Assembly (NCBI GenBank): GCA_030264375.1
Contig: JASCQW010000162.1
Coordinates: forward strand, 41,583,786-41,647,785
DNA length: 64,000 nt
DNA from: Carcharhinus longimanus
Lineage: Eukaryota
Direction of reading: 5' to 3'
A model generated the notes under the pieces. It saw only the letters and a program-made list of their open reading frames with translations, was not told where the DNA came from and did no database searches. The stretch's first letter is position 1. Every line of letters begins with the position of its first letter. A program made the translations under genes and the position numbers. Of this stretch, positions 51,204-62,984 are shown piece after piece.

Positions 51204-51314
51204 AAGAAGTCTTGCAACAGCAGGTTAAAGTCCAACTGGTTTATTTGGTAGTAAATGCCACTAGCTTTTGGAATGTTGTTCCTTCATCAGGTGAGCGGAG
51301 AGTTCTGATCACAA
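51204..51314 (-). mobile_element. Terminus of a second Penelope-like family with minimal hammerhead
   Basis: Minus strand CAC-CTGATGA-A-GGAA-CAACA-TTCC-AAAA-GCTA-GTG...AATAAACCAGTTGGACTTTAACCTGCTG. Confidence 0.7.
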
Positions 51315-52550
51315 GGTTTATTCTCCCTGGAGAGACGAAGGTTGAGGGGCGACTTGATAGGAGTCTACAATATTATGAGAGGCATGGACAGAGTGGGTAG
51401 TCAGAAGCTTTTACCCAGGGTGGAAGAGTCAATTACTAGGGAGCACAGGTTTAAGGTGNNNNNNNNNNNNNNNNNNNNNNNNNNNNNNNNNNNNNNNNNN
51501 NNNNNNNNNNNNNNNNNNNNNNNNNNNNNNNNNNNNNNNNNNNNNNNNNNNNNNNNNNNNNNNNNNNNNNNNNNNNNNNNNNNNNNNNNNNNNNNNNNNN
51601 NNNNNNNNNNNNNNNNNNNNNNNNNNNNNNNNNNNNNNNNNNNNNNNNNNNNNNNNNNNNNNNNNNNNNNNNNNNNNNNNNNNNNNNNNNNNNNNNNNNN
51701 NNNNNNNNNNNNNNNNNNNNNNNNNNNNNNNNNNNNNNNNNNNNNNNNNNNNNNNNNNNNNNNNNNNNNNNNNNNNNNNNNNNNNNNNNNNNNNNNNNNN
51801 NNNNNNNNNNNNNNNNNNNNNNNNNNNNNNNNNNNNNNNNNNNNNNNNNNNNNNNNNNNNNNNNNNNNNNNNNNNNNNNNNNNNNNNNNNNNNNNNNNNN
51901 NNNNNNNNNNNNNNNNNNNNNNNNNNNNNNNNNNNNNNNNNNNNNNNNNNNNNNNNNNNNNNNNNNNNNNNNNNNNNNNNNNNNNNNNNNNNNNNNNNNN
52001 NNNNNNNNNNNNNNNNNNNNNNNNNNNNNNNNNNNNNNNNNNNNNNNNNNNNNNNNNNNNNNNNNNNNNNNNNNNNNNNNNNNNNNNNNNNNNNNNNNNN
52101 NNNNNNNNNNNNNNNNNNNNNNNNNNNNNNNNNNNNNNNNNNNNNNNNNNNNNNNNNNNNNNNNNNNNNNNNNNNNNNNNNNNNNNNNNNNNNNNNNNNN
52201 NNNNNNNNNNNNNNNNNNNNNNNNNNNNNNNNNNNNNNNNNNNNNNNNNNNNNNNNNNNNNNNNNNNNNNNNNNNNNNNNNNNNNNNNNNNNNNNNNNNN
52301 NNNNNNNNNNNNNNNNNNNNNNNNNNNNNNNNNNNNNNNNNNNNNNNNNNNNNNNNNNNNNNNNNNNNNNTGCCGGGGGAGGTAGTGGAAGCGGATACAG
52401 TAGTGACTTTTGAGGGTGTCTTGACAAATACATGAATAGAATGGGAATAGAGGGATATGGTTCCCAGAAGGATAGGGGGTTTTAGTTCAGTCAAGCAGCA
52501 TGGTCGGTGCAGGCTTGGAGACTTGAAGGGCCTGTTCCTGTGTTCTTTGT
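51315..52550 (+). mobile_element. CR1/HER1 LINE 3' fragment spanning a 912-N gap
   Basis: LRGDLIGVYNIMRGMDRV..QKLLPRVEESITREHRFKV; tail GAAGGGCCTGTTCCTGTGTTCTTTG. Confidence 0.9.
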
Positions 52551-52574
52551 ACTCCATTGGTTTTTGATGCTTTA

Positions 52575-53000
52575 ATGACTTTTATTGAAGACTCTCTGAC
52601 CTATGTGTTGGGATGACATAAGGGGGGTCAGCTGCCTTGTCATCAAGCAACCATGTCCAGTGCTAGTCCTTGGAGGCTCCTCTTATGAACTGGTGCAAAA
52701 TAAAGTATTGTATAAGCAGGCTGTTTTAGCAGGCAATTACCAAAGTGACCTTCTCATCATGGTCAAACACAAAGTGCACACAGAGAGAGTTGGAGACCCT
52801 GTGATTGTGGTGTTGCTTCCACTGACATTGGGGACCCACAGAGCTGTCCAAACCCTGGTTTAAGGCTACAGGCAAAGGAGGTGGCACAATTCTGTCACTA
52901 CCCCTTTTGTGAAGTAAAGCCTCCTGATTCTGTGTTCCTTGCTCATTGTAACAGAAAGATCCTCTTGGACTATGCCCTTCAAAGGAGTGCTCCCTTTCTC
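52575..53000 (-). mobile_element. Internally deleted PIF/Harbinger transposase remnant
   Basis: MSKEHRIRRLYFTKGVVTELCHLL; GFGQLCG; NHRVSNSLCVHFVFDH resembles NRKGFHSLNVQLVCDH; WLLDDK..LTPLCHPNT resembles WLLGDKGY...LMTPLRNP. Confidence 0.8.
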
Positions 53001-53894
53001 TTTGCCCCTCTCTATATCTAGATCACATTATAGTGCAGGTGACACTGCACCCACTACTTCTGTGTCAAACATCTGCCTTGCACATCTTTAAACCTTGCCC
53101 CACACCTATGCACGGCAATGTTATTTTCTGCTTCCCATGGCTAGCAACAAGTTCCAAATTCCTCCAGAATCTGAGCAAGATGTTTCCACCAATACTGCTT
53201 GAGCACAAGTAAATCAAAAACATCCAGCTTGTTTAAATAATCCCACAACATGACTCATTTTGGTTCATACATTGCTTATTTCAGGAGTAAATAAGGAAAA
53301 CGTTGCTAGCACATTCATCGACCAATTTTGGTATCCTGGCATCGCATCAGTGCCGCCCACGATGACGTATGTTCAGGGATGTGCCTGCATGCACCATCCC
53401 AACAATGCTGTGCAGGCAAAGGCCATTCCGCCTCACATGCTGCAAATGTTCAGAAGAGTGTTCACAACAACACAACTGTTCATTATTTAAACTCTGACTT
53501 TATTATAATGCTAATCCAGTCTGTTTAACATTTACACAACTGCTTGGATTAATTCTTTCTAGTTCACATGGTGCAATTTGCAGATAGCTGTACAATCGCT
53601 TCAGTCACGCATTGAACCCTATCCCTGATCTGTGAAAAAAAGATTGAGCAGCCGGACATTGTACAGAGGCGACAGGCAAAAAAAGTAAAATAAAATCACA
53701 GACAACCCTTACTCTGGAGACATCGCCCTGGTAAGAGAAGGCTGTCTACAGTGATCAATTTGACATTTAGCCTCAAGCAACCTCCACTACATTTGACATG
53801 CACTCAAGGAGAAACAGCTTATTTTGACCTAAACTATGTTTACCACCTATCAACTCTGGAACACCATAATCTGATGCAAATGTCTGGCCTTCTG

Positions 53895-54445
53895 AGAGGT
53901 CGGGCAGTTCCAGTTATGATGTGCACTGTTGCATTCATTTGAGAGCCTGCAAGATGTGTGTGCGTGATGACCTTTGCCAGACAAATATACTGTATTCTGC
54001 TGTGGAGGATGATAGGGCAGATGCTGAGGTCTGGAATGTTGTGGCACATAAATCTAGCAAGTTTGGTTTGTAGGTTGTTTCTGGTTTTGACCTTTGCTAC
54101 TATTACCCTCAGATGTTCCTGGAGTCCCAACTAGGTTGGATTGGGATCATGTTTTAGTCTCTGGTCATCTATGTAGATATGTAATTCTTTTAAGGCACTG
54201 ACATTGTGGAGGTAGAATACACTGGGTGTGGTTTGAGAGGGACTCAGTATGAGACGCCATGTGTTGCAGTAGTCTGTTAATTTTGTACGGTCTTTATTAA
54301 GGATCTGGCCCAGGGTGCAGGAGGATGGAGCTTGGGTGGCACAACAGATACCATCAGCATAGATGGGCTTGTAGGATCTGTTTGTTGGCAGGTCATTGGT
54401 AGATATGTTGAACAGGGTTGGGACTAACACTAAGCACTGTGGTGT
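53895..54445 (-). mobile_element. Vingi/Ingi-like (I-group) LINE RT fragment
   Basis: VLVPTLFNISTNDLP...IYADGIC...YCNTWRLILSPSQTTPSVFYLHN...LKHDPNPT*LG...AKVKTRNNL..KLA...IITG, a Vingi-type RT/thumb region. Confidence 0.75.
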
Positions 54446-54721
54446 ATGGTGGTTATCTTCTCCATGAACTTCTCCCTCACCCAGGACAGACTCTGGATCA
54501 TTTGTTGCATATGAGTGCTTCAACAACTGTCCCACACTAGGTTGGAAACAGAGTGGACAACTTTAGCAGCAGGCCAGTGTGCTCCCCTGTACTGAAGCTA
54601 GCTGTGGGGTCCCGTAGAACTATGCTAATCTTCAGGTTCTTTTGGAAGGTACTTTTGATGTAGGTGGTGAGTGCCAGACCTGTGCTGCATCTCTTGTGGA
54701 AACCAACTCGTTTAACATTAA

Positions 54722-54888
54722 AGTTGTGTGGGTTAGGTGGATTGGCCTCACTAAATTGCCCCTTAGTGTCAGAGGGACTAGCTAGGGTAAATGCATGGAG
54801 TTATGGGGATGGGGCCTGCGTGGGATTGTGGTTGGTGTGGACTCGATGGGCTGAATAGCCTCCTTCTGCACTGTAGGATTCTATGATG
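54722..54888 (+). mobile_element. HE1 SINE 3' half
   Basis: GGTTAGGTGGATTGG..CTAAATTGCCCCTTAGTGTC...CTTCTGCACTGTAGGATTCTATGAT. Confidence 0.85.
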
Positions 54889-55302
54889 CCATGCTTTCTA
54901 CTTCCAGAGGCATGCATTGTAGCACAAAGCACTCAATGATCTTAAAGCACACAGAAAGTAATGAAATTGATCGCTAGCTAGCCACCAACCTAAGACCCTT
55001 TTAAGGTTTGAAATGATAATGTTTTTTGCCATATGCCACAGGAGTGTGTTTAAGCTGATGATTCCTACGTTGAACTGAATACCACTATTATAGCCTGGGT
55101 ACTGATAGATGTTGGAATATGAATGCTGATCCATTGCACCCCATTGTTAGTTACTAAAACTGTACTATTCAAATACTAATGTTTGCAGATCAATAGTGGC
55201 ACATAACTGAAGTCTGATTTGATTTTTTTTTTCTCTAGTGAAGTGTCATCAATTGCAAATAATGAATGGCAAACTTCTAACTTACAGCATAAGGGGCATA
55301 TC

Positions 55303-56168
55303 GGGCCCTATTTTACCATTTTGATTCTAAATGCTGGGCGGACTTGAAACTGGGAGTGTTTCAGATCTGGCTTTTAGACCTGTTCTCAGGTGCCCCCATA
55401 CGCACTCTGTGTACACATTGGCGAGTCCGAATCGTGCTACACATGCCTGTGGGTGGGGCTTAACGCATCTGAAACCCTACAGCTCTGAAAAGCACCTCCA
55501 ACTGCACATGCGCAGAAAGAAAAGATTGAATAACGATCCCCTGCTACATCCCTCCCAGGCCGGAAAGTGCCACCCCTGGCCCCCACATACATTGCCTCAT
55601 CCCCATATCTTTACTGACTCCTTTATCCCCCCACTCCCTCCCCTCACTACCCACACTGATCGCAGGCCCCTCCCCACTTACTGATCACAGGAAGAGTGGC
55701 AGCAGACCCTCCTTTCTCCTTCACCGATCATAGGCAGAGTGAAAGCGGACCACCCCCGCACCACCACCACCACCACCACCCCCACCCCTACCACCACCAC
55801 CCCTGATCTCAAGAAGACAGCCATTCAATGCTCGGCACTTACTTCCTCACTAGCTGGAGCGCCTGAATCAGACTTTTGTAGACCATGTCTGTTTCACACC
55901 AAATCTGGATGGGCAAACACAGTGGTAAAGGGCGAAGTGCCGGGAAGGTTGGGCATGCAGATCATTAAGTCAATTTAAATGCATGCAAATGCATTTAAAT
56001 GGCTGTCACGCACATTTTGGGCATGGTCCCGATCGTGGATATTTTCAGGCCTTGGTAGAGGGGGATCCAGCGCAGAGGTGGGCACGGATTGTGCTACTCG
56101 CCTCTCGACAAACTTTACCAAGTTTTTGCGCCTGAAAACACGCGCAACACAATGGTTAAAACAGGTCC
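55303..56168. mobile_element. Harbinger-like non-autonomous element (~866 bp)
   Basis: Imperfect TIRs GGGCCCTATTTTACCATT / AATGGTTAAAACAGGTCC; flanks ATC/ATT; contains an (ACC)n tract at ~55760-55800. Confidence 0.7.
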
Positions 56169-56427
56169 ATTGTCACCAAATATGATTCTGGTGTAATTCA
56201 GATAATGGCTGGAGTTCTCTAGTCTCACATATCACACTATGGCTGTCAGTAAGAATGGACAATTTGGCGTTAAGCCAGATAATCCCATCCATAGGCCAGA
56301 AAATTCTGGACTACGTTTTGTCAGCAGGTTTGTGAATGTTTATGTGTGAGGAAGCATCAAACTCAGAATTAGGGCAGGAAGGTTTAAAGCTTGGGACAGA
56401 GGGTGTGGCCCAGAAGAGAAACTACGC

Positions 56428-56574
56428 GATCAGAATTTTTCTGTCTCACCCGCCACAGAAATTGTAGTGAACGGGCGGTGGGGGAGTGGGGGCACGGGTG
56501 GACCATGCATAGGTCCATTGAATTCGGGCAGGATTTTCCAGTTTTGGGCTGAGCGCTGCAGAAAAATCCTGCCC
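56428..56574. mobile_element. 147-bp MITE, probably nested in an older element (~56294-56759)
   Basis: TIRs GATCAGAATTTTTCTG / CAGAAAAATCCTGCCC; flanks CGC/TGC. Confidence 0.65.
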
Positions 56575-57221
56575 TGCATCTCTTGGCCCTGGAAAGGCCA
56601 AGGAAAAAATATTACCCTCTTCTCACATTGCCTCCTCCTCTGGTCAAAAGAGCAGATTAAAATAATAAATTGAGGTAAATCAGCAGGACTGGAGGAGGAA
56701 AGATGGCTTAATTGCCTGCCTGTTTATTTTCTGCTGGCAGACAGGGGTAAAATTGGCCCTGTTGAGTCACAATAGTTTAAAACATCACGCTAATAATAAT
56801 AATGTTTTACAAAGATAGACAGAATGCCAGGCTTTACACTGAATTACTGCTGTAATAATAGAATTGTCATCAGATTGATACAAATGACACTACATTCAAT
56901 TAACATCAGTGTATTTAATCGTAGCTTCATAGAAACCAAAGCTCAATTATTTATTGTCTTCCACCTGCTGGCAAAACATGTGTATATTCTTAACCTTGCA
57001 AAAACTCACAAGAAATTCAATTACAATAGCACTCTGTACAGTTAGAAGTTCAAACTAATAACCAAATATAAACATATTTTTTCACAAAGCACACCCACCA
57101 GAGACGTTTTCCCTTCCTAAACTCCAAAACAACTAATTTTAAAATAGTACCTTATTGCTTTTCTCCCCCTCCCCCAATATTGGAAATAGTTTCTTTGGCC
57201 TAAACTTTCACAGAGATAGAT

Positions 57222-57530
57222 GGGAGATGGTGGCCTAATGGTATTATTGTTAGACTATTAATTCTGAAGCTCAGCCAATGTTCTGGGTACACTGGTTCGA
57301 ATCCCAACTTGGCAGATAGTGGCAATGCTGATTGTTGGGGAAAAAAAACACCACTTAGTTCACTAATGCCTGTTAGGGAAGGAAATTAGCGTCTTTACGT
57401 GGTCTGGCCTATATGTGACTCCAGAGCCACAGCAATGTGATTGATTTTCGATTGTCCTCAGGCAACTAGGGATGGGCAATTAATGCTGGCCAGCCAGTGA
57501 GGTACATGTCCCACAAATGAATGAAAAAAA
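57222..57530 (+). mobile_element. tRNA-derived SINE (family of 33768), internal deletion
   Basis: GGTGGCCTAATGG A-box, GGTTCGAATCCC B-box, tail GGGCAATTAATGCTGGCC...ATGAATGAAAAAAA. Confidence 0.88.
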
Positions 57531-57926
57531 GAGGACTTGAGCCAAAATGATGCTGGATTCATGGGAATCTACCATTTATCTCTGAGGGGTGGGAGCAGAG
57601 ATATGGAGAAAATTACAGTTGCAGGTGCCTTCAAATAGATCAAATTTTCATTAATGGGTTTTCTAAAACACAGCTTGTAGGCTTTAGACATTTAAGAAAA
57701 AGGTCTAAATCTGCCAGAGTTATTTGGAGAATTAAGGTACACATTTGAAGGTGCCCTTTGGGTGAAATCAAATGCCCTCTTTGGATTGTTAATAGTAGTG
57801 TCAAAGATGGATTGGCTCTGTTGAACTGTTAAGTCAATTAAATTCGCAGGCACTTCAAGTTTAAGAAACATCCAGCCGACTATTAAAAAAAAAGGTGCTT
57901 GCTATTTTAATGTTTGCTGACACAAG

Positions 57927-58093
57927 TAGAATCCCTACAGTGCAGGAAGCCATTCGGCCCATCAAGCCTGCACTGACCACAATCCCATCAAGGCCCTTAT
58001 CCCCATAACCCCATGCATTTACTCTAGCTAGTTCCTCTGACACTAAGGGGCAATTTAGCATGGTCAATCCCCCTAACCTGCACAGCTTTGGAG
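57927..58093 (-). mobile_element. HE1 SINE 3' half
   Basis: Reverse complement of 54722-54888. Confidence 0.85.
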
Positions 58094-58329
58094 TGAGAAT
58101 GAATGTTTCTTAAAAGCTTCTGTATTCTATCATTATTACAGTAGAGAGCTATAAATTCAAAGTTTAATTGAAGTTCCAGTGGTTTTAAAGAGGTTAGTTG
58201 TATTTGGTGCAGATTTTCATGAAGTGAAGAAATGTTTGTTTTTATAACTGATGAAGTACTTGAAACTATGTTATTAATCAGGGTGCACTTTTAAAATATA
58301 GTGAAGTCTGAAATTCCATCTCACCATGA

Positions 58330-58960
58330 CCCATTATGAATATTGGGTGACTTGTTATGGGTCGGGAGGTAGTAACGGCAAAGGATGATATGTGGGGACA
58401 ACATCGGTTGGCATGAGTTGGCACTAAGTTTCCATAATGGCTATAAAAGGCCATGGGGATGTGTGGGAAGTCATAGGTTGGAATAAGTTTGGCATAAGAT
58501 TAAGGATCATTATTTTGAATGGGGTCATGAGTTATGGGCATGGGAAATAGGTAGAAGGGCAGAGGTTGGCATGAGGGATTTGAGGCACTGTAGGGGAACC
58601 AGGGGGGTGGATAGGGGCATGAGGTGGCATGCGTTGGCATTGATGAAGCATGCGGTGTGTGTGTGTGTGTATGNNNNNATGGATTGGGGGGGGGGGTGGG
58701 GGAGGGGGTTGGTGGGAGATGAGCTGTTTATTGTTGCATTGTTTTTATTGTAACTGGAACAAACTCCCAGAGTATCAAGGTGAACCTTTAAAACAGGCCG
58801 TCTCAGCGCCCAGCAGATCTTGTGGTTTCCTCTGAACTTTCTCCATAGTCAGTGAGCCTGCCCTCACTCCTAAAATTAAAATCCGACAGCACAGAGCACT
58901 TCTTAAGTCAATTTTGTGGAATTGGGAATTTTCCCGACTTGGGACTGAAAAATTCAGTCC
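58330..58960. mobile_element. Harbinger-like non-autonomous remnant with GGCAT-rich degenerate repeats
   Basis: Recurrent GGCATGAG/GGCATAAG motifs; right terminus AAAATTCAGTCC. Confidence 0.45.
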
Positions 58961-59821
58961 TCTGAATCTACATTATAGAATCCCTTTGTCATTTCAAATA
59001 CCTTGACTAGATCACTCCATCAACTTCCTAATTTGACTGGAAACACAAGCCAAATTTATATGTGTTGTCACTGGTGCGTGAAGATCATTCCTGATAACTT
59101 GCTCCCTGTTAAGCTAAAATTTCCAATTGTTCAATAAAGGTATTCAATTTCACTCCATTGTTATGGATAGTTCTGCAATCCTGTTTAAAATACTCTGCAG
59201 AAGATTGTACACCAACACAAATTCATCACACTTAGAACTTTTAGATTTTCCCTCTAATAGTTTTCCAGTTAACATTAAAACTTCAACCTGATAATGATTA
59301 TATAGAAATAATAGGAAGCCTATGAATTAGTAAATATTTCTTTCCATATGAGATAAATCTTTCACCCATCCACAGATTGTTCCTGGTGGGAAGGATGTAA
59401 AATTTAATAGAGTAGCACAGACATGATGGGCTGAACGACCATCTCTGTCCGATGACTTCTGTTCATTGAATAAATGAATGTATAATTTATCGGCCCTTTT
59501 ATCTTTCTTTTTAGATTTGATGACAATTAGATATGGTTCAGCCAGGTGTTGTGGTTCTGATATTTATGAGGAGGCTGTAGTGCAAGGACATTGGGGAATG
59601 GAACTACTGCTGCATTTAATGGCACATCCTCATTATCATAGATTTCTTCTTTTTCCCATCTGGCAGCCAGCCAAGTTGTCAGGTTGCCATAGTGGCTGAG
59701 GGGGAAAATCAGCCGCAGGAGACTGCAGTCAGAGATCCCTTTAAAAGGGGAGGCCTTGGTGAAAGCAGAGAAAGTGTCATGAGAGACTGAGAGAGAGAGA
59801 GAAAGACCATTGTGAGAGGGA

Positions 59822-59852
<31 letters not shown>

Positions 59853-59964
59853 CATCGGAAAAGGGAGGAATGGAGAGAAGGCAACATGTAGAGGTTACTA
59901 TCAAGACCTATTTCCTGACAAGCACCCTGCCTGATCAAATCAAATTAAGAGCATCTGTTATAAG

Positions 59965-60555
59965 GAGGTGAGTTACTCGCCACAAGATTTTTAGCCTCTG
60001 ATTTGTCCTTCTAGCCATTTATATGGCTAGTCCAGATTAGCTTCCGGTCAATAGTAAGCCCCTAGGATGTTGACAGTAGGGTATTCATTGACGGTATTAC
60101 CATTGAATGTCAAGGGGTTGTAGTCAGATTTTCTCCTGTTAGAGATGGTCATTGCTTGCCACTTGTGTGGCAGGACTTTTACTTGCCAGCTGTCAGCCCA
60201 AGCCTGGACATTGTCCAGATCTTGTTGCATTTGAACATGCATTGCTTCTGTATCTGAGGAGTCATGCATGGTGCTGAACATTGTGAAATTATCAGCAAAT
60301 ATCCTCACTTTTCTAATGGAGGGAAGGTGATTGATGAGACAGTGGAAGACCATTGGGCCTAGGACACTACCTGAACAATTTCTGCAGTGATGTCTTAGAA
60401 CTGAGATGAATGTCTACCAACAATCACAACCAATTTCCTACATGCCAAATATGGCTCCAACCATCAGACAGATTTCCCACTGATTCTCAATGACTCCAGT
60501 TTCGCTGGGACACCTGGATATCTTGCTGTCCAAGGGCAGTCACTATTACTTCACT
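59965..60555 (-). mobile_element. CR1-group LINE RT fragment
   Basis: IFADNFTMF...MQQDLDNVQAWADSWQV...PHKWQAMTISN (ORF 60048-60353). Confidence 0.85.
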
Positions 60556-60713
60556 GAGTCCAGGCTACGAGCTAATTTCATGCTTACTTCTACACAGGTT
60601 TCTGCAAATGCTTAAACTTACCCAGGTCCCTTGTCATGTGATCCTTTAAATCACATTGTTGACAGTACTGTTCTCCTGTCCCACAGTTCCACATATGCTA
60701 AACACTCTTAGTA

Positions 60714-61091
60714 CAATAGCATCCAAACATCCTTAATATGCAGCCCCCAAACACCCTTGCAATACAGCATCTAAATATTCTAACGGTTCAGCCCACAATC
60801 ATCCTTATAATACAGCATCCAAATACCCTTACAATATAGCCCCCAATCACCCTTACGATATAACATCCAAATACTCTTATAATACAGCATCCAAATACCT
60901 TACAATACAGCCCCCAATCACCCTTACAATACAGCCCCAATCACCCTTATAATACAGCATCTAATTACCCTTACAATACAGCTCCAATCACCCTTACAAT
61001 ACAGCATCCACTTATCCTTACAATACAGCCCCAATTACCCTTTCATAACAGCATCCAAATACCTTTACAATACAGCCCACAATCACCCGTA
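60714..61091. repeat. Minisatellite of 16 units of about 22-24 bp, mostly alternating A/B variants
   Basis: A = CAATACAGCATCCAAATACCCTTA, B = CAATACAGCCCCCAATCACCCTTA. Confidence 0.92.
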
Positions 61092-61364
61092 TAGTACAAT
61101 CATGTAATATTGCCAACTGAACAAAAGCTTTGTTCCTTGCATGGTCTATTGCCATACAGCATCTCTTCCCCTGCCTCATTATATCCCTCCTTTCCCCATC
61201 CCTTACATGCAAACACCCTTGTTTTTTTCCCATTAGAACGGAAGACAGAGGAACTCTACCCACACACCTTCTCAGATTTGTTGACAATATAGCTTGATAG
61301 GAAACAGTTTACATATTATAAACAAGATGCTGCAGCAATCACTCCTGCAATGTGAAACACTGTT

Positions 61365-61978
61365 GCTCAATGACTTAACCATAAAGTTTCCTCGACTGCC
61401 CATATGAATACTGTGGCTACAAGAATAGGTCAGTAACTAGGTATGCTGTGGTGAGTAATTCATCTCCTGACTCCTCAAGGCCTGTCTGCCATCTACAAGG
61501 CACCAATCAGGAGTGTGATGGATACGCTCCACTTGCCTGAATACATGGAGCTTGATGCCATTCAAGACAAAGGATCCCACTTGATTGGCACCCCATCCAA
61601 GGCCTTAAACATTAGCTCCCTCCACTGCCAACACACAATGGCAGCAGTGCATACCATCTGAAAGTTGCACTGTACTAAGGCCCTATCAACAAGGATCCTC
61701 CAAGCCTTTTATTTCTACCACCTCAAAAGGCAATGGCAACAGATGCATAGGAACACTATTACCTATAAGGTCCCCTTCACAGCCACGTATCATCCTGACT
61801 TGGAACTATATTGTCATTCCTTTACTGTTGCTGGGTCAATCTTGGATCTCCTTCCCTTATTGTGGGTGTACCTGCACCACATGGACTGCTACCTTTCAGT
61901 AAAGGGTAATAGAAATGAGCAATAAATGCTGGCCTTGATAGTTATGCCTACACCTCATGAAAGAATACATTTAAAAAA
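61365..61978 (+). mobile_element. CR1-group LINE 3' end
   Basis: ATCTACAAGGCACCAATCAGGAGTGTGATGG (IYKA.IRSVM); tail GAGCAATAAATGCTGGCCTT...ATGAAAGAATACATTTAAAAAA. Confidence 0.85.
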
Positions 61979-62177
61979 GCAAACGAGATTATAGAGTAGC
62001 CAAAACTTTGTTTGATCTCATGGTCAACACTTTTCCTTCCAGAATTTCCTCATAACTTCATTAAGTTATGAACAATTAGATGCTGTACATCTTGTGTTTG
62101 CCATTGCTTAGCAACTTTGTATTTTATAATTTCTGGAAAGTTTAATAGTAGTCAGCTATATTTTTGTTTAATAATAC

Positions 62178-62461
62178 AGGTGGCATGGTGGCACAGTGGT
62201 TAGCCCTGTTGCCACGCAGCGCCAGGGACTCAAGTTCAATTCCGGCCTTGGGTGACTGTGTGGAGTTTGTATGGTTTTCCCATGTTTGTGTGGGTTTCTT
62301 CAGGGTGCTCTAGTTCCTCCCACAGAATAAAGATGTATAGGTTCGGTGGATTGCCATGGTAAATGCGTGGGTTTGAGGTGAGAGCTTTGGTAGGATGGCT
62401 CTTTTGGAGATTGATGGGCCAAATGGCCTCTTTCTCAACTGTAGGGAATCGATTGTTCTAT
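62178..62461 (+). mobile_element. HE1 SINE
   Basis: GGTGGCATGGTGGCACAGTGGTTAGC...GTTCAATTCC...GGGCCAAATGGCCTC. Confidence 0.85.
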
Positions 62462-62984
62462 CGTGTTATCATCTTACGAATAATTTTCTGAAGAACTGTG
62501 TGTTTGCATTCTAGAACAAACCCATGTAAAATTGTGCTCTTCGCCAAGTGATTTTACAAGAAAATAAATAATCTATTAACCTACCTTGGCTCTGAGTATC
62601 AGATACCTTTTCCCTCATGTCTCGCCTAACAGGCAAATTGCTGCTCTAAATAATTTTCCCTTTCAGTGCACACCCTCAGCGATATTCGCAGCCCTACCTG
62701 ACATACCTCCTGCCCACAATCCAAATTTCCATATTATTTTCTTTCTTGTGTGTGTTTTTTTTTGTTTTGAAAGCATACTTCCTTTCCCAAGTGTCTGTTA
62801 CGTTTTGTAAATCCCAGTTTAATTACTCAATTAGTTCTTTCCAAAACATTCATGGTCTTGTTGGTAAATTAGAGATAAACATTAAAGTACCTGCATGAAA
62901 AAGCAGCATGATTTTACACAGAGCTAAGTGACCCCACAATCAACAAAGTAGATTAAAGCTCTACAAGTCCTTTCATATCCTGTT

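Noticed and set aside
51342-52557. Long ORFs of 334-368 aa (also ORFs at 4806-5181, 42170-42736, 48751-48990 and 50622-50923)
   Set aside because: Artefacts of translating N-runs; where recognisable, the flanking residues come from repeats.
57222-57310. tRNA gene (A and B boxes, GGTTCGAATCCC)
   Set aside because: Continues into a multi-copy SINE body and LINE-derived tail; it is a SINE head, as are the other tRNA-like segments.
60714-61091. CRISPR-like appearance of the tandem arrays (also 14626-14818)
   Set aside because: Units are head-to-tail variants with no unique spacers, there are no cas genes, and the context is vertebrate.
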